Shown here piece after piece: positions 8,151-18,402 of a stretch of 64,000 bases of DNA; position 1 is the stretch's first letter, and every line of letters starts with the position of its first letter. The notes beneath the pieces are model-generated. The model had not been told where the DNA came from, searched no databases, and saw nothing but the letters and a program-made list of their open reading frames with translations. Both the position numbers and the translations under genes were made by a program. Location: the IMG/VR virus record IMGVR_UViG_3300024503_000485, positions 62,001 to 126,000 of that record. One strand, 5' to 3'.

Positions 8151-9241
8151 TATACTATGTTATCCCCGCCGGCCATTATTTTAGGGCTTGCTATTGTGGT
8201 ATCTGTATTGTTTGAATTCTTTGGAAATGTTGCTCCAACAATACCGCCAACGGTATTGATTGCTCCACGAATTGTTGCAGGACTACTTAAAATATTAATT
8301 GCTTCTTGTTTAAGTCCGTCTTTACTTAAACCTTTGATATTTTTAACGGTATTTGCAGCAGCAATGGCAGTTCCTAAGAAGCCGCCGATACTACCAAATG
8401 CAGTACCATCACCTACAGCACCAAACACTGATTCAAGACCGTCTAGAACACCTCCAGGTCCTGTTAATGTTGCAACACCTCCACCGGCAACACTTAATGG
8501 ACTTGGTGTGGTATCGTAGTGTAATGTAGCGAATCCCTTAGGACTTCCAATGGCTACTTGTCCTGAACTATATCTAACAGATTCATATTGAAAACTCATT
8601 GTGTTTTCTAATGCCTCACTGCTTGCCGAGTAATCAACATTACCGTGACTCCAGGATGTTATTTTTGGATTAATATATGTGTATCCGTTAAATCTTCTAC
8701 GACTCATAGTATACACAGAAATACTTTTAATAAAATCTGGGCCTCTGTTATTGTCAAATCCGTATTGGAAGTTGTCTAATCCTGTCTCAGTCTGTCTATA
8801 GTTTGTTTTAGAAAATGCCTGATCAGGAAGATTTCGATCAGCAATATAATATCCCATATACAATGCCCATAGTGCATTGATAATTCCTGCGCTGTCATCG
8901 TAGAATGTTAGATTAACAGGATCGTAAGTATAGTTTTTGTAAATTATTTTTTTACGATTATATTGATTTTTAGTAACAGATTCGATTGTGTACTTAGGCA
9001 AGTCGGTAGATTTTACTAAGAATCCAATTTCGTCGGCATGTCTATTTGTAAATTGAGGTGCTTTAATTGCAGTCTTATCTAATTCAAATCGAACATAAAA
9101 TAAGAACTTGGTTCTCGGAGCCAACCTCATTGTATCGTCTATATACAGACGAGTTGCGTGTTGCCAATTCCCCCAAACACCTTTTGGATTTGTTAGACCT
9201 TGACCGACACCTGTAAGGAAACGAGTAAATTTATTTGCCAT
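8150..9241 (-). CDS. Tail tube initiator/tube-fold baseplate protein (gp54/gp48-like)
   Basis: Tube-fold motifs VKSTDLPKY..E...NQYNRK..Y..YDPVNLTFYDD and TMSFQYE; adjacent to tube gene. Confidence 0.65.
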   Translation of the reverse strand: MANKFTRFLTGVGQGLTNPKGVWGNWQHATRLYIDDTMRLAPRTKFLFYVRFELDKTAIKAPQFTNRHADEIGFLVKSTDLPKYTIESVTKNQYNRKKIIYKNYTYDPVNLTFYDDSAGIINALWALYMGYYIADRNLPDQAFSKTNYRQTETGLDNFQYGFDNNRGPDFIKSISVYTMSRRRFNGYTYINPKITSWSHGNVDYSASSEALENTMSFQYESVRYSSGQVAIGSPKGFATLHYDTTPSPLSVAGGGVATLTGPGGVLDGLESVFGAVGDGTAFGSIGGFLGTAIAAANTVKNIKGLSKDGLKQEAINILSSPATIRGAINTVGGIVGATFPKNSNNTDTTIASPKIMAGGDNIV

Positions 9242-9258
9242 ACAAATATTTATGCCAC

Positions 9259-9289
9259 AAAAAAACCCGGAATATTTCCGGGCTCTTTT
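9259..9289 (-). terminator. Intrinsic terminator after tail tube gene
   Basis: CCCGGAA-loop-TTCCGGG hairpin with U7 on minus strand. Confidence 0.8.
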
Positions 9290-9304
9290 GACTCAAATGA
9301 GTTA

Positions 9305-9946
9305 TTATTGTGCGCCTGAACGTCCAGTAACAGCTTCGCCAATTGTACGACCAACAACTGCGCCAATACCACGATCTGTTCCGGAGCCGTTTGCTCCTGC
9401 AAACTGAATTGCGTTATCGAAACGAATTGTTAATGCCACGGTAGCATGTTCGTTAGTACCGTAGGCTAACTCGCCGTAGTCTGCATTTTGAACAAAGCAA
9501 CCATACATTTCAAATTTTTCAAGAACGTTTGCTTCGCTAGCACCGTTACCGCCGTCAAGTACTTCAACGTTAGTTTGGAACTTGTAGTCGATACCAGAAC
9601 GTGCAGATGCCTGTTCCATAAAGTCAAATTGTTTCTGAATTTGTTGACCAACAAGTTTTTGTACAAAACCAGATGCATCATCACGTAGTGTTAATGTAAC
9701 GGTTTCGAATGAGTACTTACCTGCTAGGTATACTTTTGAGTTGTAAACATCTAGTGTCATTTCTTCAAAAGATACTTTAGGTCTTGTAACGTCTTGAACC
9801 TGCTTAGTTAATTCTACGCTAGATTCAACACCGAAACCAAGTAATGTTACTCTAAAGCGATACTTTAGTTTTGGCATTAGCAACGCTGTGTTGCTGTTTG
9901 CACCTGATGGTGGAATAGAAAATCTATTCAGTGATGATAGTGCCAT
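9305..9946 (-). CDS. gp19: Tail tube protein (gp19-like)
   Basis: PKLKYRFRV, VTRPKVSFE, YLAGKYSFETVTLTLRDD, YGCF...TIRFDNA; directly downstream of sheath. Confidence 0.9.
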   Translation of the reverse strand: MALSSLNRFSIPPSGANSNTALLMPKLKYRFRVTLLGFGVESSVELTKQVQDVTRPKVSFEEMTLDVYNSKVYLAGKYSFETVTLTLRDDASGFVQKLVGQQIQKQFDFMEQASARSGIDYKFQTNVEVLDGGNGASEANVLEKFEMYGCFVQNADYGELAYGTNEHATVALTIRFDNAIQFAGANGSGTDRGIGAVVGRTIGEAVTGRSGAQ

Positions 9947-9948
9947 TT

Positions 9949-12900
9949 TTAAATCTCTCCTGTGTTCTTAACACGCAATGGAATGTAAATGAACTCAACT
10001 GCTTTCACTGGTTCAATTGCGATATCAACATAAAGTTCGTTACGATCGATTCTTGATGGTGTGTTATTACTTTCATCACAAACCACCGCAAAGTCGTATA
10101 GTGCTCTTAAGCCTACTAATTCAAGCAATAAACTTTCTACTGCGCCTTTAATTTCGTCTCTAGTGATTTTATCATTAGGTTCAAAAATGTATGGACGAGC
10201 TAGTTTGTTTAATTGGCTTCTCAGGTATACAACTAAACGTGCTACGTTAATTCTATCTAGTGCAGAAGCATTCTTTGCTCTTGTTTTTTGACCAAATGCT
10301 ACGTGTCCTACGCCAACAAAGAATGGAATTGGATTAATCTTTAGGTCATAAAGAACATCTCTCATACCTTCGTTTAGGAATACGGTTTGGAATTCTCCTG
10401 ATACAGAATCAATGTAACCAACTGATGTTGCATTAGTAATACCGCCACGTCTTGTACCTGCTGGTGCAAACCATGGATAAGAAACTTGATCGCTTAGTGC
10501 AATTGTCTTAAGCATCATGTGTGTTGCAGGAACAACTGCATTAACACCACTTAAGTCTGTTGTAAATCCATTTGGATACCACATTGCAGAATATTCATCA
10601 TAAGTTACAACACCTGCATCACCGTTGTCGGTTACTGCGTTTGCGTTTGTACCCCAATTAATAAGTTCTGTTGCGTTGCTCTTTAAGCGGAATGGAGTAT
10701 CTGCAAGAACAAATGCTGTCATGCCACGATCAATGTTTAGGTTAACTAGGTTGCTGTACACTTCTGAATATCCAGGTGCAGCAATTAAGTTAAAGTTTCT
10801 GCGCTCTTCATCGCGGATTTCTGAACTTGTATCAATTACACTCTTAAGTGCTTGAACAACAACTTTACGTTGTGCCTTGCGACCAAATGTACCAGAACCG
10901 TCTTCGTTATTACCAGATGCTGTTGTCCAACGATCTGTTACGTATAGTTCCATGCTTACATTGCCCATGCGTCCGTTGTCTGCTGTGACATCGATGTAAC
11001 TATTTCTATATTGTTTTACGTTACCGCCAGAACGACGTAGGTTCCATAGCAACATGCCTTTTGGATATAGTGCTGGATCTGGAGCGTCAAAGTCTAAGAA
11101 GTCACTGCTTAATAAATCAACAATTGTTGATGCTGCAAGAGTTGGACTTACAGATGTGTCGCCGCCGCTAGTTGCCCAACGTGCATCAGCAAATACAATT
11201 CCTTCTTCTGAAACTTGATCAGTCTTGTCAACTAAAACCCACTTATCGGTAATACCGCCTTGAATGTCATCATTAAAGCGATAAATTGTTGGGAAGTTTT
11301 CCATATCAGCTGTGCTGATCCACAAATCGTTAGTTACAAGAGATGTTACACCGTCTTGTTGTGTTGTTGGCATACTTGCACCTACATACGGACCTGCTGG
11401 ATCTGTTGAAGCAAATACGTTTTTGTAACCTTTCCATGTAGAACCATTGTGAACCATGATGTCAACATCGCTATAAACGTTGTTAAACCATAATTGGCCG
11501 TCTTCTGCTTCATTTAATGGAGCATCGCCACTTGCTGTAAATCCAGCAGTTGCTAGTGGTTGCCAGTAAGTTGCTAGATAACCGTCAGCTGCGCCAGGTG
11601 CTGCTGAGCTTAAATCTAACACATAAGCAGATGCACTGAATAATGTTGCAAATGCTGTGCTTGATGTATCTTTAAATCTAATTTCGCCGCCAGCTTTGTG
11701 TTTGATTACTAACTGGTTGTCTGCTGAAACACTTGCTTCAACATTGTTTGTAATTTCAACTAAGCCAGTTGAGTCATAAAATGTTAATGCGTTAATTGCT
11801 GCTGCAATTGTTTCTGCATCAGTGCTGTCGCCTGCTGCTGTAAATGTAACGGTAGCTGCTGTACTTAGAGCTGCATCACCTACAACAGATTGTTTAATTG
11901 TAAATGTCTTAGCACCACTTAGTGTTCCATTAGTAATTACTTTAGAAGTAATTGTTGTTGCACCTTTAACAGCACGTCTCCAAATTTTAAATTTAGAAGT
12001 TTCTAATGTAGTGTCAGTTGACGGAGTACCGTTTGGTGTTGAATAACTAAATTCTTCGTCGCTGTTAAATTGAACAAATAAAGAATCTTTGTCAATTGCT
12101 AAACCGCCATTTGAGCGATCTAAATAATAATCTGCGGAATGTGTTGTTCCATAGATTGGAGCAGAAATTGCTGTCCATGCTTGTGTAGCTGAACTATATT
12201 TCTTAACTCTCCAACGAGCACCATTTCCTGGCTCTGTAGTTTTAATCCATACAGAACCTGTTGGATATCCTTGTTTTGTTGAAGGATTATCTGTTCTCTT
12301 AAATGTTGGAACAGAAGTGTGTGGAGCGTGAACTAGTTTTGGTTGTAGGTATGTACCTGTTGCAATTCCTAGATCAGTTAGAACGGTTCCCGAACCTGTT
12401 GCAATTACAATAGCACCACTTAGTGTTGAATCGCCTGCTGTATCTGTAGAACCATCTGAGTATAGATATAATCTGCTGTTTGCTACTTTAGCACTCACAC
12501 CAGTAATGCCTAAGCCGTTAATATAACTTGCTGTTGCTGATAATCTTGCACTTACGCTGCCGCCTGATTGAACTGCAACTGATGTTCCATTGATTAAGAA
12601 TGTATCTGCTGCTGTTAACGCTGTCACGGCGCCACCGCTAACGGTTGGCCAACTTGCTGCCCAGTCATTGCTGCCTACTAAAACCCAGCTACCGGCTGTT
12701 ACACCAGCACCGCTGTTTCCAGGAGTCTTAAAGTATACTGCTGCTGGACCTGTTGATACTGCAACTACGGCATAATCTCCAATAGAACCAACTGATGCTA
12801 AAGGAACATCTGAACCGTCTAATTTTGATGTATCGTCATCGGATAAAACAATTGGAGTTTTTGCGGCAAACTTTTGTCCACCGTTTGGAACGGTTGCGCT

Positions 12901-13350
12901 GTTCCATTCTTGAATACCCCATGTTGTATTTTGTGTGTCTAGCCACCATGCGCCGTCTGTTGGATTTGCTCCCGGGGCGTCTGCTGTTGCTTCTAGTTGA
13001 TCAAGATCTATGTCTGCTCTTACAATGAAAGCTGCGTTCGATGCGCTTAGATAGCTATATGCTGCTAGTAGACCGTATTCGTTACGCTCTCCGCCATGGA
13101 TTGGTGATCCACTGGCTGTCTTTTCAAAGAACGGAACACCAAATGTATCTACCAAATCTTTCTGGCTTGTCATCTTATAAGCCTTACCAGCATTTGCTTT
13201 TAATGTTCCAGCAGCGGTGCCTGTGCCTGCTGCATTTGTTTTATTCTGTCCTGTGGCCACAACGATAAGCGGAGTTGTACCTGGTTCTGCAGGTGTGTAA
13301 AAACTCTCGTCAATTACCGTTACTTGTACGCCTGGTGATGTTAGTGCCAT
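9949..13350 (-). CDS. gp18: Contractile tail sheath protein (gp18-like), enlarged (1133 aa)
   Basis: SPGVQVTVIDES N-terminus; PWFAPAGTRRG, LYDLKINPI, GQKT, DRINVARL, FEPND, CDESNNTP...VEFIYIP C-terminus. Confidence 0.95.
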   Translation of the reverse strand: MALTSPGVQVTVIDESFYTPAEPGTTPLIVVATGQNKTNAAGTGTAAGTLKANAGKAYKMTSQKDLVDTFGVPFFEKTASGSPIHGGERNEYGLLAAYSYLSASNAAFIVRADIDLDQLEATADAPGANPTDGAWWLDTQNTTWGIQEWNSATVPNGGQKFAAKTPIVLSDDDTSKLDGSDVPLASVGSIGDYAVVAVSTGPAAVYFKTPGNSGAGVTAGSWVLVGSNDWAASWPTVSGGAVTALTAADTFLINGTSVAVQSGGSVSARLSATASYINGLGITGVSAKVANSRLYLYSDGSTDTAGDSTLSGAIVIATGSGTVLTDLGIATGTYLQPKLVHAPHTSVPTFKRTDNPSTKQGYPTGSVWIKTTEPGNGARWRVKKYSSATQAWTAISAPIYGTTHSADYYLDRSNGGLAIDKDSLFVQFNSDEEFSYSTPNGTPSTDTTLETSKFKIWRRAVKGATTITSKVITNGTLSGAKTFTIKQSVVGDAALSTAATVTFTAAGDSTDAETIAAAINALTFYDSTGLVEITNNVEASVSADNQLVIKHKAGGEIRFKDTSSTAFATLFSASAYVLDLSSAAPGAADGYLATYWQPLATAGFTASGDAPLNEAEDGQLWFNNVYSDVDIMVHNGSTWKGYKNVFASTDPAGPYVGASMPTTQQDGVTSLVTNDLWISTADMENFPTIYRFNDDIQGGITDKWVLVDKTDQVSEEGIVFADARWATSGGDTSVSPTLAASTIVDLLSSDFLDFDAPDPALYPKGMLLWNLRRSGGNVKQYRNSYIDVTADNGRMGNVSMELYVTDRWTTASGNNEDGSGTFGRKAQRKVVVQALKSVIDTSSEIRDEERRNFNLIAAPGYSEVYSNLVNLNIDRGMTAFVLADTPFRLKSNATELINWGTNANAVTDNGDAGVVTYDEYSAMWYPNGFTTDLSGVNAVVPATHMMLKTIALSDQVSYPWFAPAGTRRGGITNATSVGYIDSVSGEFQTVFLNEGMRDVLYDLKINPIPFFVGVGHVAFGQKTRAKNASALDRINVARLVVYLRSQLNKLARPYIFEPNDKITRDEIKGAVESLLLELVGLRALYDFAVVCDESNNTPSRIDRNELYVDIAIEPVKAVEFIYIPLRVKNTGEI

Positions 13351-13456
13351 TCCCTATTCTCCTGGTAATAGTTTTACTCAAAGTATTTAGCGGTAAAAGG
13401 TAAAAATACCTTCTTATAACATCAGAAAAAGGGGAAGAAAAGGTGTAAATATTTTT

Positions 13457-13795
13457 ATGAGACCACTTTGTAAGGCCTGTAATGAACGGCCTAGAGCATT
13501 AAATTATTATAAAGGTAAAAAACCTTATTATAGAACGCTCTGCGAAGCGTGTCTAGCTCACGGGTCTAAAGCACATATACCTCGTTGGAAACGTGCTGGA
13601 TACAAAATGAAATCGCAATGCGAAAAATGCGGATTTAAAAGTCCGCATTCTGAAGTATTTAGAGTATTTCACGTAGACGGCAATTTAGATAACTGCCGTC
13701 CTAGTAATCTAAAAACAATATGTTGTAATTGTTCTCAAGTTTTAAGCAAAGAGGGCATTACTTGGCGTCAAGGAGATTTGGTCTCTGACTACTAA
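13457..13795 (+). CDS. Zn-finger HNH-like protein (HNH motif degenerate)
   Basis: Four CxxC pairs; FHVDGNLDNCRPSNLKTICCNC; TAAATA 5 nt before ATG. Confidence 0.7.
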   Translation: MRPLCKACNERPRALNYYKGKKPYYRTLCEACLAHGSKAHIPRWKRAGYKMKSQCEKCGFKSPHSEVFRVFHVDGNLDNCRPSNLKTICCNCSQVLSKEGITWRQGDLVSDY

Positions 13796-14395
13796 TTCTG
13801 TCTGCTTAAATAGATCATCGATAGTTCCGTTATTATCTATAAAATGATCAAATTCTGTTCCTACCCATGCAGTTTCACTAGCATGAATTTTACGCATTTT
13901 TAATTCTTGGAACGCCCAGTTATGTCCTTGATTAGCGGCTAACGCTATATCATACCATTCGGGAAGTTCTCCTCTGCGTACCCATACAATTTTACCACCC
14001 GCATTTCTAATACTGCTAATTTCGTTGGGGAAACGACAATCTGAAATTACTACATTATCCTTAGAATTACGAAGTTTATTTTCTAATGATGCTATCCAAA
14101 TATCATCATGGAAGCCTTTGCGGCATACCTCTGTGCCCCAATATTGAAGTACCCACCTTGGAGTAAGTGTAGGCATTGCAAGTCTTTCTGCCCACCAAGG
14201 ATCAACTTGTTCGCGCCACTCTCTTGCTTCTTTGGTTCGACCTTCTAACATAGTTCGATCCCAACCAAACACAGAGCTTACTGCGTCTTTTAATGTATTA
14301 GCAAAAGACTCTCGTCTAAATTCGTGGAAATTAACTAGATAATCGGCAATAGTATCTTTGCCCGATCCAATAAACCCGCATACACCTATAATCAT
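13742..14395 (-). CDS. gp1: Deoxynucleoside monophosphate kinase (T4 gp1-like)
   Basis: GFIGSGKDT P-loop, SFANTLKD, TPRWVLQYWGTE, VVISDCRFPNE, HASE, NNGTIDDL. Confidence 0.92.
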   Translation of the reverse strand: MIIGVCGFIGSGKDTIADYLVNFHEFRRESFANTLKDAVSSVFGWDRTMLEGRTKEAREWREQVDPWWAERLAMPTLTPRWVLQYWGTEVCRKGFHDDIWIASLENKLRNSKDNVVISDCRFPNEISSIRNAGGKIVWVRRGELPEWYDIALAANQGHNWAFQELKMRKIHASETAWVGTEFDHFIDNNGTIDDLFKQTELVVRDQISLTPSNALFA

Positions 14396-14416
14396 AATAT
14401 CCTCCAGTTAAAGGAT

Positions 14417-14445
14417 ATTATACGTGAAATTTATTTGAAGGTCAA
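14417..14445 (-). promoter_or_regulatory. Sigma70 consensus-like (early) promoter of dNMP kinase
   Basis: TTGACC (14445-14440), 17 nt, TATAAT (14422-14417); GGAGG SD downstream. Confidence 0.8.
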
Positions 14446-15200
14446 CCAGTTATCCAGGTATAACCGGAGCCGCCTGGCACCAATTTCATTAGATCTTCAG
14501 TTAACTTATCAATTTCGGCTTGCCCTTCTGTTTTGAGTGCTGCTCCGTTTAATGAGCTTCCGCCGCCAGGACCGGCAATTTGAGCAAATTTTTCACGAGC
14601 TTGTCCTAGCATCATTTTGCAGTTAGCTAAAGCATAATCTTTAATCCATTGCCCAGAATAGGTATCGGTTATGATAGAGCTATCTGGTTTTGTGTTATAG
14701 ATTTGTAACATAACTGACTCATCAGTTCTTGGTCTTTGATGAATTATTAACTTTTTACTCTGCGGATGCCAAGTAAAATTAATAAATGCTCCAAACATTT
14801 TTCCTACAAGCTCTTGATATTGCGAAAAGAGTTCATAGGTTAACAAACCGCCCATATTTGTCGAGCTTAACAAATATGTATTAGTATAGGCTAAATTAAA
14901 AGGTTCAAATACCGTACCTCCGGTACCGCCTCCAGTTCTTGAACCAACGCTTCTTCTAAAAATTTGCCTAACCTGTTGTACTTCCTTAGGCAAAATATAT
15001 TCGTTAACATCGGTTTTTAGCACTAAAAAGGCATAGCTTTCTTCTACAGCATTATCTGAACGCTGACGGAAAACCGCTAGGGCACGATTAAGGGCTGTTT
15101 CGTAGTGGATTGGGTCTAACTCTACATCAACCATGCCGTCGCCTAGCATAGCTTTGCAGTAGTTATAAACCTCTTGTTTTACTTGATCAGTTGAGCTCAT
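14442..15200 (-). CDS. gp13: Neck/head-tail adaptor (T4 gp13-like)
   Basis: LGDGMVDVELD N-terminus; WIKDYALANCK.MLGQAREKF...GG.SLNG C-terminus. Confidence 0.88.
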   Translation of the reverse strand: MSSTDQVKQEVYNYCKAMLGDGMVDVELDPIHYETALNRALAVFRQRSDNAVEESYAFLVLKTDVNEYILPKEVQQVRQIFRRSVGSRTGGGTGGTVFEPFNLAYTNTYLLSSTNMGGLLTYELFSQYQELVGKMFGAFINFTWHPQSKKLIIHQRPRTDESVMLQIYNTKPDSSIITDTYSGQWIKDYALANCKMMLGQAREKFAQIAGPGGGSSLNGAALKTEGQAEIDKLTEDLMKLVPGGSGYTWITG

Positions 15201-15205
15201 GCTTG

Positions 15206-15226
15206 TATTTATCGTAGCGGTAAATA
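15206..15226. promoter_or_regulatory. Back-to-back late promoters (TAAATA on both strands) for divergent gp13 and gp14
   Basis: tattta 15206-15211 and taaata 15221-15226 in a 27-bp intergenic gap. Confidence 0.7.
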
Positions 15227-15227
15227 T

Positions 15228-16496
15228 ATGACTATGCCAAGACTTTCGCTATATCGTCCCGAAAAGGGCAACGACTACAAATTCATTGATAAAACCGTCT
15301 GGGAAATGTTCCAAGTTGGCGGTACAGATGTGCTTGTTCACAAGTATTTAGGGCCCGGTAGTTCTGTACAAGGAGATAATCCTAGTACTCCTACTTACGG
15401 AACCGATTCTGTGTCAAATATTCAAGATCTTTTATTTTTAGAAAATCGTGACCGAAAATATGATCCTGATGTTTATATTTTAAGAGGCGTATATAACCTG
15501 CAAGACATTGATTTTAATCTAAGTCAATTTGGTTTGTTCTTGCAAAATGATACAATTTTTATAACGTTTCATATTAATGATACCGTAGAAAAACTTGGTA
15601 GAAAAATTATATCAGGCGATGTGTTAGAATTGCCTCATTTAAAAGACGAATATGCACTTAACGATTTTAACTTTGCGTTAAAACGTTTTTATGTTATTGA
15701 AGAAGTTAGTCGTGCTGCGGAAGGTTTTTCAGTAACTTGGTATCCACATTTATATCGTGCTAAATGCAAACCTCTAGTAGATAGTCAAGAGTTTAAACAA
15801 ATTCTTGACGGCGTTGCAGGTGAAGGTACAAACCAAACATTACGCGACATTATGTCAACTTATGAAAAAGAAATGCAGATTACACAAGCAGTTCTTGACC
15901 AAGCTGAAGCAGATGCACCAAAGAGCGGATATGACACAAGCAAGTTTTATACTTTGCAGAAAAATTTAACTACAGGCGAAACTGAGCTAGTTACATCGGA
16001 TAACACACAATTAAATGTTTCTTTTGAAACTCAAGCCACTGATGAGACTGGAGATCCGTTGTTTGACGAGAACGGAGATCCAATTTATGTAGGTGCAACT
16101 GCTTCAACAATTTATAAGACTCCGGAATGGGAAGACTATGGCGGTTATATCACCGGTGACGGAATTCCTCCGAACGGAACACCGTTCTCAAGTGGTATTG
16201 CGTTTCCTTTAAATCCTGCAGAAGGACAATTTCATTTACGTACTGATTATTTTCCAAATAGATTGTTTAGATTTAACGGAGCACGATGGGTTAAATTTGA
16301 GGATAATATACGCATGACTATGAGCAATCTAGGTCCTTCCGATACAGAAATTGGCGCTACATTTGAAGGCAAGGATGATCGCAAGACGCAGAAGACTGGA
16401 TTTATTAATAATGAAACGGTTAATAAGATCAATAATAAAATGATCAAAGAAAGACAGAGTTTAAGTAAAGCTCTAAGACCAAAGGCGGATGAATAA
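15228..16496 (+). CDS. gp14: Neck/head closure protein (T4 gp14-like) with C-terminal extension
   Basis: DLLFLENRDRKY, LSQFGLFL.ND..FITFH, GDVLELPHL motifs; start may be ATG 15234. Confidence 0.75.
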   Translation: MTMPRLSLYRPEKGNDYKFIDKTVWEMFQVGGTDVLVHKYLGPGSSVQGDNPSTPTYGTDSVSNIQDLLFLENRDRKYDPDVYILRGVYNLQDIDFNLSQFGLFLQNDTIFITFHINDTVEKLGRKIISGDVLELPHLKDEYALNDFNFALKRFYVIEEVSRAAEGFSVTWYPHLYRAKCKPLVDSQEFKQILDGVAGEGTNQTLRDIMSTYEKEMQITQAVLDQAEADAPKSGYDTSKFYTLQKNLTTGETELVTSDNTQLNVSFETQATDETGDPLFDENGDPIYVGATASTIYKTPEWEDYGGYITGDGIPPNGTPFSSGIAFPLNPAEGQFHLRTDYFPNRLFRFNGARWVKFEDNIRMTMSNLGPSDTEIGATFEGKDDRKTQKTGFINNETVNKINNKMIKERQSLSKALRPKADE

Positions 16497-18004
16497 TGGA
16501 CTTCTTTTATGATGGGCAGATAAGACGCTATGTGACTCAGTTCATGCGCTTTTTTATTGGATTCAAGTATAAGGCCGGTGACGGCGAAGAACGCCATGTG
16601 CCAGTAATGTACGGTGATTTAACACGTCAAGTAGCTTCTATTATTAGAGATAACTCTGAAAATAAAATGCCTACCGTACCAAGAATTGCTTGTTATATTA
16701 CAGGTCTAGAGCTTGACATGACTAGACTAAGCGATGCTACCTTTGTAAGTAAAATCAATATTAGAGAAAGAAAATATTCAGACTTTGATGAAGCAGGTGA
16801 TCCTATATATGAAAGTACTCAAGGTGGTCATTATACTATAGAACGTTTAATGCCAACTCCGTATAAGTTAAGCATGAAAGCAGATATATGGACTTCAAAC
16901 ACTGATCAAAAATTGCAATTGTTAGAACAAATTCTTGTTTTCTTTAATCCAAGTTTCGAAATTCAAACCACTGATAACTTTGTTGATTGGACTAGTCTTA
17001 GTGTTGTAAATTTAAAAAATTTAACGTTTAGTTCTAGAACAATTCCGCAAGCAGCAGAAAGCGATATTGATATTTGTAGTATAGAATTTGATATGCCTAT
17101 CTTTATTACAGCTCCTGCTAAAGTTAAAAAACTTGGAGTTGTTAAAAACATTGTTACTAATATCTTTACTGAAGACGGTGATGTGCTAGGACTTGAAGAC
17201 TTAACAATGGACCTTGGAAAAGCCGGTACTCAGTTATTTAGAACCTATGATCAATACGGTGTCTTGTTATTAAAAAGTAATAACGGTCAATCCAATGACT
17301 ACGATTTATCTATTTTAGACGTTTATGAAGCCGTTCAGGCTGCAGGCCTTGATGTTCCAGTAAAATATGGAGATAGATTAGATTGGAATCTTGTGTTAGA
17401 ACATCACGGTGGTTATACTCCGGGATTAAGTATGGTCTACTTCTTACAGCCTAACGGTAATGAAATTCGAGGAACATTTACAATTAATCAGATAGATCCA
17501 ACATATCTTGTTGTAACAATTGAAGATAAACCTTCAAATACATCGATTCCCGGACCAGCAAGATCAAATAATAGTTGGACAACAATAGATGCAATTATCG
17601 ATCCTTATAAATTTAATCCAATCGAAGTGTTTGGTTCTGCATCGTTAATAACTCCTGGTATTAGATATTTGATGCTAGAAGATGTAAACCCTAGTGAAAA
17701 TAGAGGCGGAGTAATGCAATATGGCCAAAGTCCTGCAGACGGAAGCAGCGGAGATCCTTACGACGGTCCAGATGGATGGAAAGATGTAAACGGATATGAC
17801 CTATATCTTAAAGCAAATTCTATTATTGAATGGGATGGTACTACATGGGTAACCGTTTTTGATCCAGCTGCGGCTACTGAACTAACATATGTTACCAATT
17901 TAAAAACAGGTATTCAATATAAATGGGATTTAGAGCAGTGGCTCAAATCATTCGAAGGCGAATATGCTGCCGGAACGTGGAGATTTAACCTCGACGGAGA
18001 ATAA
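16496..18004 (+). CDS. gp15: Tail sheath stabiliser/terminator (T4 gp15-like) with C-terminal extension
   Basis: FFYDGQIRRY, VPVMYG, PTPYKL, QLLEQILVFFNPS motifs. Confidence 0.85.
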   Translation: MDFFYDGQIRRYVTQFMRFFIGFKYKAGDGEERHVPVMYGDLTRQVASIIRDNSENKMPTVPRIACYITGLELDMTRLSDATFVSKINIRERKYSDFDEAGDPIYESTQGGHYTIERLMPTPYKLSMKADIWTSNTDQKLQLLEQILVFFNPSFEIQTTDNFVDWTSLSVVNLKNLTFSSRTIPQAAESDIDICSIEFDMPIFITAPAKVKKLGVVKNIVTNIFTEDGDVLGLEDLTMDLGKAGTQLFRTYDQYGVLLLKSNNGQSNDYDLSILDVYEAVQAAGLDVPVKYGDRLDWNLVLEHHGGYTPGLSMVYFLQPNGNEIRGTFTINQIDPTYLVVTIEDKPSNTSIPGPARSNNSWTTIDAIIDPYKFNPIEVFGSASLITPGIRYLMLEDVNPSENRGGVMQYGQSPADGSSGDPYDGPDGWKDVNGYDLYLKANSIIEWDGTTWVTVFDPAAATELTYVTNLKTGIQYKWDLEQWLKSFEGEYAAGTWRFNLDGE

Positions 18005-18012
18005 GTAAAGGT

Positions 18013-18402
18013 ATGCAACAGCGTGCCGGACTACTATTTCTTGCCAAAAAAACAGAACGGATTTTGTTAATCTTAGAAGATTACAAATGGACCGTTCCTA
18101 CTTTTCCAAGACAAAATACTTTATTAGAAGATGCCCAGGGTCTTTTAAGAGATTATTCTCAGGGTAGAATATTACCTATTGAATTATATCTTAGCGAAGA
18201 TAAGGGGTTTGAATACGGCACTTATGTTTGTTTAGTTGAAGAAGAATTTTTAACAAGGGCTAGCCCAACAATATGTTGGAGCAGCATCGAATACTTGCCT
18301 AAAAATCTTCATAATGGTTTAAAAACCACACTAAATAATCAGCTTATTAAAACAAAAATTGAAACTATATTGGTCTTAGAAAATGATGAAAATACAAAAT
18401 AG
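18013..18402 (+). CDS. Nudix-fold-like protein lacking a canonical Nudix box
   Basis: AGLLFLA..RILLI..WTVP N-terminus and W...LP.NLH.GL C-terminus; no GX5EX7REUXEE. Confidence 0.45.
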   Translation: MQQRAGLLFLAKKTERILLILEDYKWTVPTFPRQNTLLEDAQGLLRDYSQGRILPIELYLSEDKGFEYGTYVCLVEEEFLTRASPTICWSSIEYLPKNLHNGLKTTLNNQLIKTKIETILVLENDENTK

